Assembly: GCA_943359595.1 (NCBI GenBank)
Contig: CALRIA010000002.1
Coordinates: 10,417 to 74,416, forward strand
Reading direction: 5' to 3'
Length of the DNA stretch: 64,000 bases
Origin: Candidatus Magasanikiibacteriota bacterium
GTDB taxonomy: Bacteria > Patescibacteriota > Patescibacteriia > Magasanikbacterales > GWA2-37-8
Part shown: positions 1 to 9,586 of the stretch, one piece after another
Numbering within the stretch: the stretch's first letter is position 1
How the letters are laid out: each line of letters opens with the position of its first letter
Notes under the pieces: model-generated
The model's database searches: none
What the model saw: the letters and a program-made list of their open reading frames with translations, nothing else
What the model was told of the DNA's origin: nothing
Translations under genes and position numbers: made by a program

Positions 1-349
1 ATTAATTTTACCAAAAATAAAAGAAGTAAATGAGTTAAGAGGTCAGTGTGGTTATCTGGGTAAAGTAAAAGGCGAAGTGTGTGTAGTAAATAGCTCTAAA
101 GAAATGTCCAAATTCAAAGATGGGCAGATTTTGGTTTCCGTAGTTACCGATCCATCACTTTTGCCAATTATGAAAAAAGCTGCCGCCTTTGTCACCAATC
201 AAGGCGGTCTGACCTGCCATGCGGCCATAGTAGCTCGCGAATTAAAAATACCCTGCGTTATCGGTACAAAAATTGCCACTCAAGTATTTAAAGATGGCGA
301 TATGATTGAGGTGGATGCTGAGAATGGTATTGTGAAAAAAATTATTTGA
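1..349 (+). CDS. Partial (5'-truncated at window edge) paralog P0: protein ending in a PEP-utilizing-enzyme mobile (phosphohistidine swivel) domain
   Basis: The reading frame is open from position 2 to the stop at 349. The C-terminus reads ...GGLTCHAAIVARELKIPCVIGTKIATQVFKDGDMIEVD, matching the catalytic-His motif of PpsA/PPDK/Rph swivel domains. It is collinear with six downstream paralogs. Confidence 0.75.
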   Translation, partial: LILPKIKEVNELRGQCGYLGKVKGEVCVVNSSKEMSKFKDGQILVSVVTDPSLLPIMKKAAAFVTNQGGLTCHAAIVARELKIPCVIGTKIATQVFKDGDMIEVDAENGIVKKII

Positions 350-352
350 ACT

Positions 353-1885
353 ATGAAACTCCAAAATTTAAATAATGGCGATCCGTGGATGTTGGGAGAA
401 GATATACCCAACGCTGATCTTTTTTTCTCCACTATTTGGCTCAATGGCTTTGTGAGTTTTTTTGATCAAAATACCGGTCGAGCTTACAATAAAATTCTTT
501 GTAAATATGAAGGTTATCACCTTTGGTTTTATTTTGGTGATAAAGACGCTCGTGAAGTGGCTGAACATCTGGCTGACAAAATAATAAATGAAGAAGGCTA
601 TGCCAAAGAAGTAAATAAAAATATTATTTTGGAGGCTGATAAACTTCGATCTTTTGCCGAAAAAATTCCTCAAATTAATTTAGCTAAATTATCCAATGAG
701 AATTTGTGGCAAATTTATTCTGACCACAATGGAATTCATGGTAAATATTATACTTGGGCCTGGATTCCGGTGGCAGTTGATATGTTTGGTAATAATTTAA
801 CTAAACGAGTAAAAGATTATTTGTTTCAAAAAGGTGTAGGAAATGATAATATAAACGAATTTTTAGTCATTTTGACCCAGCCAACTAAAAAGTCGCTCAT
901 ATTTATCGAACAAGAAAATTTACTAAAGATTGCGACAACTATAGCAGAAAAATATGAGTCCCTGATAAATATTTTTGAAAATAAGGAATCGGCTTACATT
1001 AAAGATAATTTACCTTTAGATATATTATCTCTAATCACAGAGCATCATGCCAAATATTATTATACAAAACATCTTTGGGTGAGCGGAGAATATAGTATAG
1101 AAGATTATCTGATTCAACTTAAAGATATTTTTAAGACTAAACAATCACCGAAAGTAATATTAGATAAACAATCACAGAAATTGGAAAAATCCAAACAGAA
1201 AAAAGAAAAGTTATTAGAGCATTTACAGATAGATCAGAAGTGGAAAGTGATATTTGAACAGTACGGTGATTTTATGGTCACCAAGATCTACCGTCGTTAT
1301 GCTCAGCTTTTGGCGGTCCATCATATGTCGGCCATACTCAAAGAGATTGCGCGGAGATTTTTTATCACTGAAAAACAGGTTCGTTTTATGAGAGTAAAGG
1401 AAGTAGAGAAAATGCTTTTGGAAAATAAATATAACGAGAGTGAATTATTGGAACGTACAAAGTATTGTGTTTATTACGCGGAGCGTGATGATGAAAAAAT
1501 TTTTATTGGGAATGAAGCCAAAGAAATAATGAAATCAATTGAGAAAGAAGTGGACATAAATATTTCAGAATTAAAAGGAGAAAGCGGTTGTGTTGGTTAT
1601 GCTAAGGGACGAGTGAAGATTATAATTCGTGCCGAAGATATGGCTAAAATGGAAGAAGGGGATATATTGGTCTCAATTGCTACTGATCCAGATATTGTGC
1701 CAGCGATGAAGAAAGCGGCTGGTATTATCACGGAACAAGGTGGGGTAACGTCTCACGCCGCGATTGTTTCGCGTGAATTAGGAATTCCCTGCGTTATCGG
1801 TACAAAAATTGCCACTCAAGTATTTAAAGATGGGGATATGGTTGAAGTGGATGCTAATCGTGGTATTGTTAAGAAAATTTTTTAA
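353..1885 (+). CDS. Paralog P1: variable N-terminal domain + C-terminal PEP-utilizer swivel phosphohistidine domain (Rph/PpsA-like without ATP-grasp)
   Basis: 510 aa. C-terminus GGVTSHAAIVSRELGIPCVIGTKIATQVFKDGDMVEVD. It starts 3 nt after the P0 stop. The N-terminal region shares blocks with the other paralogs (FYFGDKDAREVAEHLADKII; ...TEKQVRFMRVKEV). Confidence 0.75.
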   Translation: MKLQNLNNGDPWMLGEDIPNADLFFSTIWLNGFVSFFDQNTGRAYNKILCKYEGYHLWFYFGDKDAREVAEHLADKIINEEGYAKEVNKNIILEADKLRSFAEKIPQINLAKLSNENLWQIYSDHNGIHGKYYTWAWIPVAVDMFGNNLTKRVKDYLFQKGVGNDNINEFLVILTQPTKKSLIFIEQENLLKIATTIAEKYESLINIFENKESAYIKDNLPLDILSLITEHHAKYYYTKHLWVSGEYSIEDYLIQLKDIFKTKQSPKVILDKQSQKLEKSKQKKEKLLEHLQIDQKWKVIFEQYGDFMVTKIYRRYAQLLAVHHMSAILKEIARRFFITEKQVRFMRVKEVEKMLLENKYNESELLERTKYCVYYAERDDEKIFIGNEAKEIMKSIEKEVDINISELKGESGCVGYAKGRVKIIIRAEDMAKMEEGDILVSIATDPDIVPAMKKAAGIITEQGGVTSHAAIVSRELGIPCVIGTKIATQVFKDGDMVEVDANRGIVKKIF

Positions 1886-1891
1886 TTTTTT

Positions 1892-3181
1892 ATGAAACAG
1901 TCACCAAAAGAAAAAATAATAAAACAATTTTCTGCAATGCCTTGGCAACCTTGGTTGCATCGACGTTTTGATCCGTTAGTGACTTATCTCATTATGGTAG
2001 GTGGCACAAGAGAAATATTTAAAACTCAGGGGATAGATGGTGAGTTTCCAATTTCACTTTACGATACCAACGATTGGTATAGTACCCAAGAAATGCTTAG
2101 TTTAGCAAGCAATGAAGCCAAAAGTTTTTTGCAACAAAAAAATATTATTAATTTGACTCATCAATGTGACAATCTTCTTGAATTTAGTCGTACTGCAGTA
2201 GAACAATTATTATCAAATCCAGGTGATCCAAAAAAGGATTATGAACAAGTAATTAAAATTATCACACCATTAAATGTCTATGTTTGGGTAGCACATAGTT
2301 CGGAAGTTTATTATCATGATCTGATTAGCTCAGCTACTTCCGCTTTTGTCACCCCAGAAAAATTAGAAACTTTTATTGGTGACATTAGTTTTCCGGTTAG
2401 AAAAAATTCTCTCGCCTTAATGGAGAATGATATTCGCGCCGGTGAAACTACAAAAGTGCTTTATAAAAAATATGCTTGGATAAAAGCGCGTGGTGGTTTT
2501 AGGCCAGGTTATACGTTGGCAGAAATTCGAGATATTCAAAAGGAAATTTTAAATAAACCGCAAGATAAACATCGTCATGTAGAAGTTCCGCCAGCTTTAG
2601 AACAGGCTGTTGGCGAATTGCAAGAATTGGTATATTTGCGTACATTGCGCACCGATGCGCTTTGGGAATTATATTATCTAGCCCAGCCTATTTTTGATCG
2701 GGCAGCCAAAGCTTTTGGCGTTAGTTCCGTAAAAGATTATATTCCCGAAGAATTATTGAAAGGTAATATAAAGCCAGTGCCAAATAATTACGCTATTTTA
2801 AAAAATTATGACACTATTGTTGTTACTGATCCAATTATCAAATTAAAAAATTCAGAAGTTGCAAATAGTGTACGGGGTGTTGTGGCTTATCGCGGTATTG
2901 TTAGTGGGCCAGTAAAAATTATATTTACTCCTCAAGAAATCAGCAAGGTGGTGACCGGAGATATTCTTGTCACAAATATGACCATACCTGCTTATGTTTC
3001 CGCGATGTACCGCGCTGCCGCATTTGTAACTAACGAGGGAGGTATTACTTGTCATGCCGCTATTCTCGCCCGCGAGCTAAAAAAACCTTGCATCATAGGA
3101 ACCAGAGTAGCTACACAGATTTTTAAAGATGGTGATCTGGTGGAAGTGGACGCTGAAAAAGGAATTGTAAGAAAAATATAA
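1892..3181 (+). CDS. Paralog P2: variable domain + C-terminal PEP-utilizer swivel domain
   Basis: 429 aa. C-terminus GGITCHAAILARELKKPCIIGTRVATQIFKDGDLVEVD. It starts 6 nt after P1. Confidence 0.75.
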   Translation: MKQSPKEKIIKQFSAMPWQPWLHRRFDPLVTYLIMVGGTREIFKTQGIDGEFPISLYDTNDWYSTQEMLSLASNEAKSFLQQKNIINLTHQCDNLLEFSRTAVEQLLSNPGDPKKDYEQVIKIITPLNVYVWVAHSSEVYYHDLISSATSAFVTPEKLETFIGDISFPVRKNSLALMENDIRAGETTKVLYKKYAWIKARGGFRPGYTLAEIRDIQKEILNKPQDKHRHVEVPPALEQAVGELQELVYLRTLRTDALWELYYLAQPIFDRAAKAFGVSSVKDYIPEELLKGNIKPVPNNYAILKNYDTIVVTDPIIKLKNSEVANSVRGVVAYRGIVSGPVKIIFTPQEISKVVTGDILVTNMTIPAYVSAMYRAAAFVTNEGGITCHAAILARELKKPCIIGTRVATQIFKDGDLVEVDAEKGIVRKI

Positions 3182-3204
3182 AAAATAATTCTCTAAAAAG
3201 CAAG

Positions 3205-3229
3205 CACCACCGGATATTAACCGGTGGTG
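3205..3229 (+). terminator. Hairpin downstream of P2 (caccaccgg-atattaa-ccggtggtg), possible intrinsic terminator
   Basis: A 9-bp perfect stem immediately after the P2 stop. The following T-tract is weak, so it may just mark the island boundary. Confidence 0.3.
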
Positions 3230-3305
3230 TATGCACTTTTATGATTTTTCAGAAGGCGGTATGCTCAGGCGGAATGAAAAAACGGTTCCGTTTGAACTTC
3301 TTCAC

Positions 3306-3803
3306 CTAGTTGGTGCCAGTCGCGATGAATTCAATCTTGATCTCGTCGCCATCAACCTTGATCGCGTAGACTGATCCACTTTTGGCTTCCGAAAGTGGAA
3401 TGCCTAGAGCAAGCAGGACTTCGCGACCCGCGCAGATGACGGTCTCATTAGGGAGTTTTTTCAGCTTCGCCCTTAGCGATGGCCCAGCGTCTTCGCCGCT
3501 AGTGCAGGTTTCAAACGCCACCTTGATTCCGCTCGCCAGTACCAGCATCTTTTCGCCGTCGATCAACTCCAGACTGCCACAAGCACCGAAAACAGACGAA
3601 ATCTGCAACCGGACACCAGTGTCGGAATAGCCGAGCTCTTCAGCCACAGCAAAGTGCCGGAGAGCTTCGCCAATACAGACGAGCGGTGGATCGATTACGA
3701 GATGAATCCGCAACGATCGAACGCAGGTTTTGCCGGCAACGGTCATGTCTGGATCAGCACCAGTTTCCTTTTCTCCGTGGGTAACCAGATATAAGGTTTT
3801 CAT
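3306..3803 (-). CDS. SixA/PGAM-like (histidine-phosphatase-superfamily-like) small protein encoded inside GC-rich island A
   Basis: 165 aa from the ATG at 3803; the ORF track starts at a GTG at 3833. N-terminus MKTLYLVTHGEKETGADPDMTVAGKT resembles the RHG-x-x...T-x-x-G signature of SixA-type histidine phosphatases, with Thr in place of Arg. The region is about 57% GC against about 33% for the flanks. Confidence 0.35.
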   Translation of the reverse strand: MKTLYLVTHGEKETGADPDMTVAGKTCVRSLRIHLVIDPPLVCIGEALRHFAVAEELGYSDTGVRLQISSVFGACGSLELIDGEKMLVLASGIKVAFETCTSGEDAGPSLRAKLKKLPNETVICAGREVLLALGIPLSEAKSGSVYAIKVDGDEIKIEFIATGTN

Positions 3804-3995
3804 TTTTGGGCCCTTCTGTTGTATCTTAGACACCCATCATTTTCAAGCCACTCGACTTAAGTTTTTGGGATCTGTTGTAAAAGTGCATTTATTCTGGAAA
3901 GTTGCCTTAGTTAAGGCTTTTTTCACCATAAATAAACATTTTACCTTACCAAAAAATAGTCATTTTGTCAATGTCTGTGTAAATTTATGGCTAAG

Positions 3996-4018
3996 ATATA
4001 GACAAATTTTGTCTATAT
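3996..4018. promoter_or_regulatory. 23-nt perfect palindrome atatagacaaa-t-tttgtctatat about 35 nt upstream of the P3 start
   Basis: Read directly: two 11-nt arms are exact reverse complements around one central nucleotide. It lies in the intergenic gap created by island A, in front of paralog P3. Confidence 0.3.
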
Positions 4019-4049
4019 GATACTATTAAAGTAGTTAAATAAATCATTC

Positions 4050-5402
4050 ATGTTCAAAGCCAGTAAAATTTTTAAATACAGTTGGGAACTTTATGTTTCT
4101 CGTAACGTGTCTGTTTGGCACGATACTTTGCATTTGATAAGAAGTGATTCTGGTTATCATCATTACAAATTAGGTAAAATGTATGTTCAATTTAGAATTC
4201 ATCGTAATTTAGAATCGGATTTTTATTATGCACTTACTGGTAGTCGATCGGCAGAAGATTTTATTGGTCGATTAGAGAAAAATTTAGAAAAAAAAGAATA
4301 TGTTGATTTTCTTAAAAAGGAGTATCGAAAAGATTGCATAAAGTTTTTAGCTCGGTCTAAAAATTTAAAATCTACTACCAAAAGCTTAAAGTCATTTTTA
4401 AATAATTATGGCTATTGTAATGTTCTTTTAGATATAACTTCTCGAGCAAGTAAGATTTTGACCGATAAATTAATGTTTGATTTAAAGGATAATCGAAAGC
4501 GCGATGCTATTATTAGTTATTATGCTGTTCCAAAACAATTAGCACCGATTCAAAAATTAGAAAAAGAAGTGGCGAAATTATATCATGATAAAAATCTAGA
4601 TAAAATAGCTGAAAGATTATGGAAAAAATATTGCTGGATTCCGGTGAGTTTTGTAGGTGAACCTTGGAGTAAAGAATATTTTTTAAATTTGTTAAAAACA
4701 GCTAATAAAAAAGTTTTGAGAATTTCACAAAAACCAAGGGTAAAATTATCCGTTAATTTAAAACATCTTTTATGGGCACTGTCGCAGATAACCTATCTAA
4801 ACGAATATCGTAAGAGCATTTTTTGTCAGGTTAATTTGAATATCCGACCAGTTTTGAATGAAATAGCCAAACGGAGTGGTTTAAAAGATTGGAAGGAAGT
4901 TTCGTTATTGACCCATGAGGAATTAATTTTGGCTTCTGATGGTAAAAATTTTTCTAAGTTGGTGGCGCGTCGTCAAAAAGAAATTTTTGCTGTTCATAAT
5001 ATTGATAGTAATCAACTTCAGGTAGTATATGGATTACCGGTTAAAAAATTTGAAGATAATTTTAAGATAAAAAATACCAACGTATCTGAATTTAGTGGTG
5101 TTGTTGGAAATAAAGGAAAGATTATTGGTGTAGTAAAGATAATTTTAAAACACAGTGATTTTGATAAATTTAAAGATGGCGATATCCTAGTTGCCAACAT
5201 GACATCAGTAGATTATTTACCAATCATGAAAAAGGCCGGCGCGTTTGTCACCGATGAGGGTGGTCTAGCGTGTCATGCGGCGGTGGTAGCGCGCGAATTT
5301 AATTTACCCTGTATTATCGGCACCAAAATTGCTACAGTGGTTTTAAAAGATGGTGATATAGTGGACGTGGACGCCAACAATGGTATAATTAGAAAAATAT
5401 GA
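4050..5402 (+). CDS. Paralog P3: variable domain + C-terminal PEP-utilizer swivel domain
   Basis: 450 aa. C-terminus GGLACHAAVVAREFNLPCIIGTKIATVVLKDGDIVDVD. Shared N-terminal-domain block KIAERLWKKYCWIPVSF. Confidence 0.75.
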   Translation: MFKASKIFKYSWELYVSRNVSVWHDTLHLIRSDSGYHHYKLGKMYVQFRIHRNLESDFYYALTGSRSAEDFIGRLEKNLEKKEYVDFLKKEYRKDCIKFLARSKNLKSTTKSLKSFLNNYGYCNVLLDITSRASKILTDKLMFDLKDNRKRDAIISYYAVPKQLAPIQKLEKEVAKLYHDKNLDKIAERLWKKYCWIPVSFVGEPWSKEYFLNLLKTANKKVLRISQKPRVKLSVNLKHLLWALSQITYLNEYRKSIFCQVNLNIRPVLNEIAKRSGLKDWKEVSLLTHEELILASDGKNFSKLVARRQKEIFAVHNIDSNQLQVVYGLPVKKFEDNFKIKNTNVSEFSGVVGNKGKIIGVVKIILKHSDFDKFKDGDILVANMTSVDYLPIMKKAGAFVTDEGGLACHAAVVAREFNLPCIIGTKIATVVLKDGDIVDVDANNGIIRKI

Positions 5403-6472
5403 AAAAAATTTATTTAGTTTTCACTAGGGATAATAATCAGTGGGTGAATGAAATGGTAGATTTTGTTTTTGTTAATGAATTACCAAAAATTTTTGGCGCC
5501 GGTCTAACAACCCAAATTACCCGTTTTACAGGACGTACTTTTGAATGGTATCGTTTTGTTGAAGAAATGAATAAATTAAAAACGACTGTTATCAGTAAAA
5601 AATCGGTAGATCCTATTTTTCAGAAAAAAAATCAAGTTAAATTTTTAAAAGAAGTTGTCGAATTAAGAAAATTAATTTCTATAAATCCTAAGCGAGTAAA
5701 AAATGATCTTGATTTATTGCAAGAAATAAAAACTAGATTTTTGGATGTGTATCCATTGTATGTTCTAGCGGTTTTTTTGCCTGGGCCTTGGCGCGATGAT
5801 TTTATTGCAGTTCATGGCGGTGGTTCAAAACAAATTTTAAATTTATTATTTAAAAGTCGCGAAGACAGCGAAGGTCTTTTAAAGGAAATAACCAATTTTA
5901 TGCGGTCCTGGCTTGGGCCACAGTTGCAAAAGGTTGGCTACCAGGCTGATTATTTAAAGTTACTTTCCGTATCGGAAGTAGAGGAGTTTGTGAGGCTGAA
6001 AAAAATGCCTCCACATAAGGAGTTAGATCAACGTTTCAAAGGTTTTGTGTATATGTACAGCAGGCTTGTTAAGACCAAAGATTTTAAAGTTTTTCTTAAA
6101 GATGAAAATATTTCTATTGAGACAGAAAATATAGTACTAAATAAAAATAGTTTCACTGGATCAATAGCTTATGCGAGTAAAATTGTGCGCGGCAAAGTTA
6201 AAGTAGTTTTGAATTCAACAGAGATGTTTGGTTTTAAAGAAGATATGATTTTGGTTACTCCTATGACTGCTCCGGAATATTTAGCGATTATGAAAAAGGC
6301 GAAGGCAATTATTACCAACGAAGGTGGAATTACTTGCCATGCCGCGATTGTGGCCCGAGAATTAAAAAAGGCTTGTATTATCGGTACAAAAATCGCCACT
6401 TTTGTTCTAAAAGACGGAGATTTGGTGGAGGTGGATTCTCACAAAGGAATAATTAGAAAAATAAATATTTAA
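5399..6472 (+). CDS. Paralog P4 (short): variable domain + C-terminal PEP-utilizer swivel domain
   Basis: 357 aa. C-terminus GGITCHAAIVARELKKACIIGTKIATFVLKDGDLVEVD. Its ATG overlaps the P3 stop (ATGA), which suggests translational coupling. Confidence 0.7.
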   Translation: MKKIYLVFTRDNNQWVNEMVDFVFVNELPKIFGAGLTTQITRFTGRTFEWYRFVEEMNKLKTTVISKKSVDPIFQKKNQVKFLKEVVELRKLISINPKRVKNDLDLLQEIKTRFLDVYPLYVLAVFLPGPWRDDFIAVHGGGSKQILNLLFKSREDSEGLLKEITNFMRSWLGPQLQKVGYQADYLKLLSVSEVEEFVRLKKMPPHKELDQRFKGFVYMYSRLVKTKDFKVFLKDENISIETENIVLNKNSFTGSIAYASKIVRGKVKVVLNSTEMFGFKEDMILVTPMTAPEYLAIMKKAKAIITNEGGITCHAAIVARELKKACIIGTKIATFVLKDGDLVEVDSHKGIIRKINI

Positions 6473-6473
6473 T

Positions 6474-7936
6474 ATGTTTGAATATATCAAGTCTCACGAA
6501 GAACACTCGGTTACACCTTTGACTATTTCGCCCAATCACAATGCTTGGCCATCAAAGATTTTAAAAAAATTATTGGACGGTCATGAGGTAGGAGAGCAGA
6601 CTTTTTGTATTCACAGAGATCAAGGCCTGGAATTTTATGCCGATCATAATGCTTGGGATAGAGGATCGGATTATTTTTTGGAGAAATTAAAACGAGATAA
6701 AAAAATAGTAAAAGAGGTCTCTTTTAATTCTCACAGGATTGCCGATCAAATTTTAAAGAAAATCAGAAATTTTGAACGTCAAAATATAAAAAAATGGTCC
6801 AACAAAGAAATCACAAAATTTTTATCCAGTAGCTATAAGCTAGGCAATGATCTGTGTGCCTATGGTTTTATCCCGGTAATCTCCGATCATTTTTTTCATA
6901 AATTTACCGATCTCCTCAAATCTATCGTGAAAAATAAAGAAAAAAATATTTCAGTAAAAATGACCGTTCCGGAAATAATTTTTCTTTTGTGTTCTCATTA
7001 TAAACCCGTACCTTCTAAATTGGCTAGAATAAAATTATTAAAACTTTTAAAAAAAATACCAATCAAGAAAAGATAAATAATTATTACTCTGATTGGCATT
7101 GGGTAGGCTTTGGGCAGCTTGGTCCAGGAATTGAACCTCAAGAGTTTTTAGCCGGCGCCGACAGTCTCTTTAAAAATAAACATCTTATAGACAAGGAATT
7201 AAAAGAGTTGATAAATTCTCCAAAAATTTTACAGAAAAAACAAAAAGAATTAATCAACAAATTGCGTTTGAACACTCAAGAGATTTTTTTATTTTCTACC
7301 GCGCGTGAGTTTACTTATCTTAAAGGTTTAAGAATGGAAGTTCTGTTTGGTCTTTGCGCCGCTTGGAGTAAAGCGCTGGACGAAATTTCAATTCGATTAA
7401 AGATGGATAAAAAATTACTTTATTACGCTTCCATGGCGGAATTAAATTCCGCTTTGTCGGGACAACATAGTTTAAATAAAGAAATTTTAAAAGATAGAAG
7501 TAAATTTTGTGTTTGGGTAGCTAATACCGAAAGTACTCAGAAAATTTTAGCTGGCAAAGAAGCCAGAGAATTTTTGAAGACAGTTAAATTTAAAGAAGCT
7601 AAAAAAATTGAAAAAGTTTTGGTTATTCACGGTACGGTCGCGTCGGTGGGATATGCCAAAGGTACAGTGAGAATTGTGAATAAAACTTCAGAAATAAATA
7701 AAGTAAAAGAAGGCGATGTGCTGGTTTCGGTTGCCACTCATCCTGGATTACTTCCCGCCATGAAAAAGGCCTGTGCTTTTGTGACTGATGCCGGTGGTAT
7801 CACTTCGCACGCCGCCATAGTCGCGCGTGAGATGGGTAAGCCGTGTATTATAGGCACTAAAATAGCGACTAAAATTTTAAAAGATGGTGATTTGGTAGAG
7901 CTGGATACTAAGAGAGGGGATATTAAAAAAATATAA
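6474..7936 (+). pseudogene. Paralog P5, disrupted by a frameshift in an A8 homopolymer (7049-7056): N-terminal half 6474-7076 in frame 0, C-terminal half with swivel domain continuing in frame 2 to 7936
   Basis: Frame 2 is open from 7028 through 7936 with no ATG/GTG before the TTG at 7208. The combined length of about 486 aa matches the intact paralogs. Adding one A to the A8 run yields a continuous ORF (...LLKKNTNQEKINNYYSDWHW...). C-terminus GGITSHAAIVAREMGKPCIIGTKIATKILKDGDLVELD. Confidence 0.6.
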
Positions 7937-7946
7937 AAATAATTTT

Positions 7947-9455
7947 TTGAACAATATGACTAAGCACACACAAGGTGATTGGATGATGATGTCTCAGCGT
8001 CAACGCATGAGCCCGTTTCCAAACTATATGTCTATGGAATCGGTTTGCAAAGAGATGAAAAAATTTGTTGGAGTAAATTTAAAAGACGTACTTCTATTTT
8101 TTAAAGGTAACATGATGTTTGCCTTTCAAGATAGTAAAGCCCACGAACAAGCCGGACAAAAAATTGCCAGTAGGATAGAAAAAAATCCACTTATGTATAG
8201 GCGTTTGGTCAAGCAGGAAGAAATTTTTGGAAATAAATTGGTAAAATTTACCAAGTTGGCCGGACAGCAAACGAATAGTAAAACCAGCAATCGTCGTCTG
8301 TATGAGTGGTATACTCAGTATGAAAAAATGTATAAAAATGTTTATGCCACTTATGGCTCGGTTTGGACAATGGAAGATCATCTGGTAGCCAAACTTTATG
8401 ATATTGTTCACAAACGTTGGCAAGATGGCTCTAAAATTAGCAATACTTTGAATAGTTTGACCAAACAACCGCTCGCCATGGTGGCTACTATTGAGCGTCA
8501 AGCGATATTGAAAATGGCGGTAAAAATTTTGTCTTCATCCGGTTTATTAAAATTAGTTCAATCCGGGTCTTTGGAAAATATTAAAAAGAACAAGATATTG
8601 CATAAATTAATATCCACTCACGAAAAGAACTTCTTCTGGATTACCAGAGATTATGAAGATCCAATTTTAACTTATGATGATATTGTCAAAAAATTACAAA
8701 TCATTTTAAAGGAAGATCCTGTCAAACAACAAAAAGAATTAAATGATAGATTAAGTGGCGATTTACGTGAAAGAAAAAAATTGGAAAAAGAATTAAAACT
8801 CAACAAAAAAGAGTTGGCTTTGTTTGCTTCCATGCGCGATGCTGCCAATTTAAAAGAACAGCGTAAAAAATTTGTTTCTCAGTCTTTATATTATTTTGAT
8901 CCGGTTTTAAATGAGATTAGTAAAAGATTATTTTTAACTGTGAAACAGGTAAGATTTTTCCGTACTAGTGATGTTTATGAGGCTTTGGTAAAAAATAAAG
9001 ATTTGACTAGCGAATTAAATGAGCGTTTTAATTTATCAGTGTGGCATTCCAGTACCAATGGTACAAAAGTCACAGTTGGTAAGGAAGCGCAAAAAATATT
9101 TGATGAGTTTTGCCAAGTGGATAAAAATGCAAGCGAATTTACAGGCATGCCGGTGTCGCCAGGGGTGGCACGCGGTCCAGCCAAAATCGTTTTAAATCCA
9201 AATGAATGTGATAAGGTAAATAAAGGGGACATAATTGTAAGTGTTCAGGTGGTGCCAAGTTTTTCGACAGCGATTATTAAGTCAGCTGGTATAGTTTGTG
9301 ATGGTGGCCACGGTATTACTTCCCATCCGGCGACTTTGTCGCGAGAAGCGGGAGTACCGTGCGTGATTCAAACTAGATTTGTGCGCGAAGTGGTAAAAGA
9401 TGGTGATGTACTGGAAGTGGATGGATATAAAGGCATCGTAAAAATAATAAAATAA
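7947..9455 (+). CDS. Paralog P6 (most divergent): variable domain + C-terminal PEP-utilizer swivel domain
   Basis: 502 aa. C-terminus GGHGITSHPATLSREAGVPCVIQTRFVREVVKDGDVLEVD. Shared block LTVKQVRFFRTSDV. Confidence 0.7.
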   Translation: MNNMTKHTQGDWMMMSQRQRMSPFPNYMSMESVCKEMKKFVGVNLKDVLLFFKGNMMFAFQDSKAHEQAGQKIASRIEKNPLMYRRLVKQEEIFGNKLVKFTKLAGQQTNSKTSNRRLYEWYTQYEKMYKNVYATYGSVWTMEDHLVAKLYDIVHKRWQDGSKISNTLNSLTKQPLAMVATIERQAILKMAVKILSSSGLLKLVQSGSLENIKKNKILHKLISTHEKNFFWITRDYEDPILTYDDIVKKLQIILKEDPVKQQKELNDRLSGDLRERKKLEKELKLNKKELALFASMRDAANLKEQRKKFVSQSLYYFDPVLNEISKRLFLTVKQVRFFRTSDVYEALVKNKDLTSELNERFNLSVWHSSTNGTKVTVGKEAQKIFDEFCQVDKNASEFTGMPVSPGVARGPAKIVLNPNECDKVNKGDIIVSVQVVPSFSTAIIKSAGIVCDGGHGITSHPATLSREAGVPCVIQTRFVREVVKDGDVLEVDGYKGIVKIIK

Positions 9456-9469
9456 TTTATAAAAATAAA

Positions 9470-9497
9470 AACAACCTGATTAGTCAGGTTGTTTTTT
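9470..9497 (+). terminator. Rho-independent terminator of the paralog operon
   Basis: A 10-bp perfect stem aacaacctga / tcaggttgtt with loop ttag, followed by TTTT, 15 nt after the P6 stop. Confidence 0.6.
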
Positions 9498-9586
9498 AAA
9501 GCTCAATATTCTTTCGAGAAAAATATTAAGCTCTTGGGGACGCGAATTGCTTCGCGTCCCGTCGAGTGGGTGTACCCCAAAGCCCG

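Noticed and set aside
368-673. Minus-strand 101-aa ORF, and many other 60-140-aa antisense ORFs listed inside long genes (for example 2852-3055, 5018-5200, 8094-8501, 34094-34408, 38381-38704, 39549-39926, 41881-42315, 45124-45480, 59092-59829)
   Set aside because: They lie fully inside well-supported genes on the opposite strand. They have AT-rich, low-complexity translations (Ile/Phe/Lys/Asn runs) expected by chance at about 33% GC.
3382-4020. ORFs 3382-3630 (+) and 3730-4020 (+) in and beside island A
   Set aside because: The first is antisense to the better-supported SixA-like frame in GC-rich DNA. The second spans the AT-rich intergenic region containing the palindrome. There are no motifs and no RBS.
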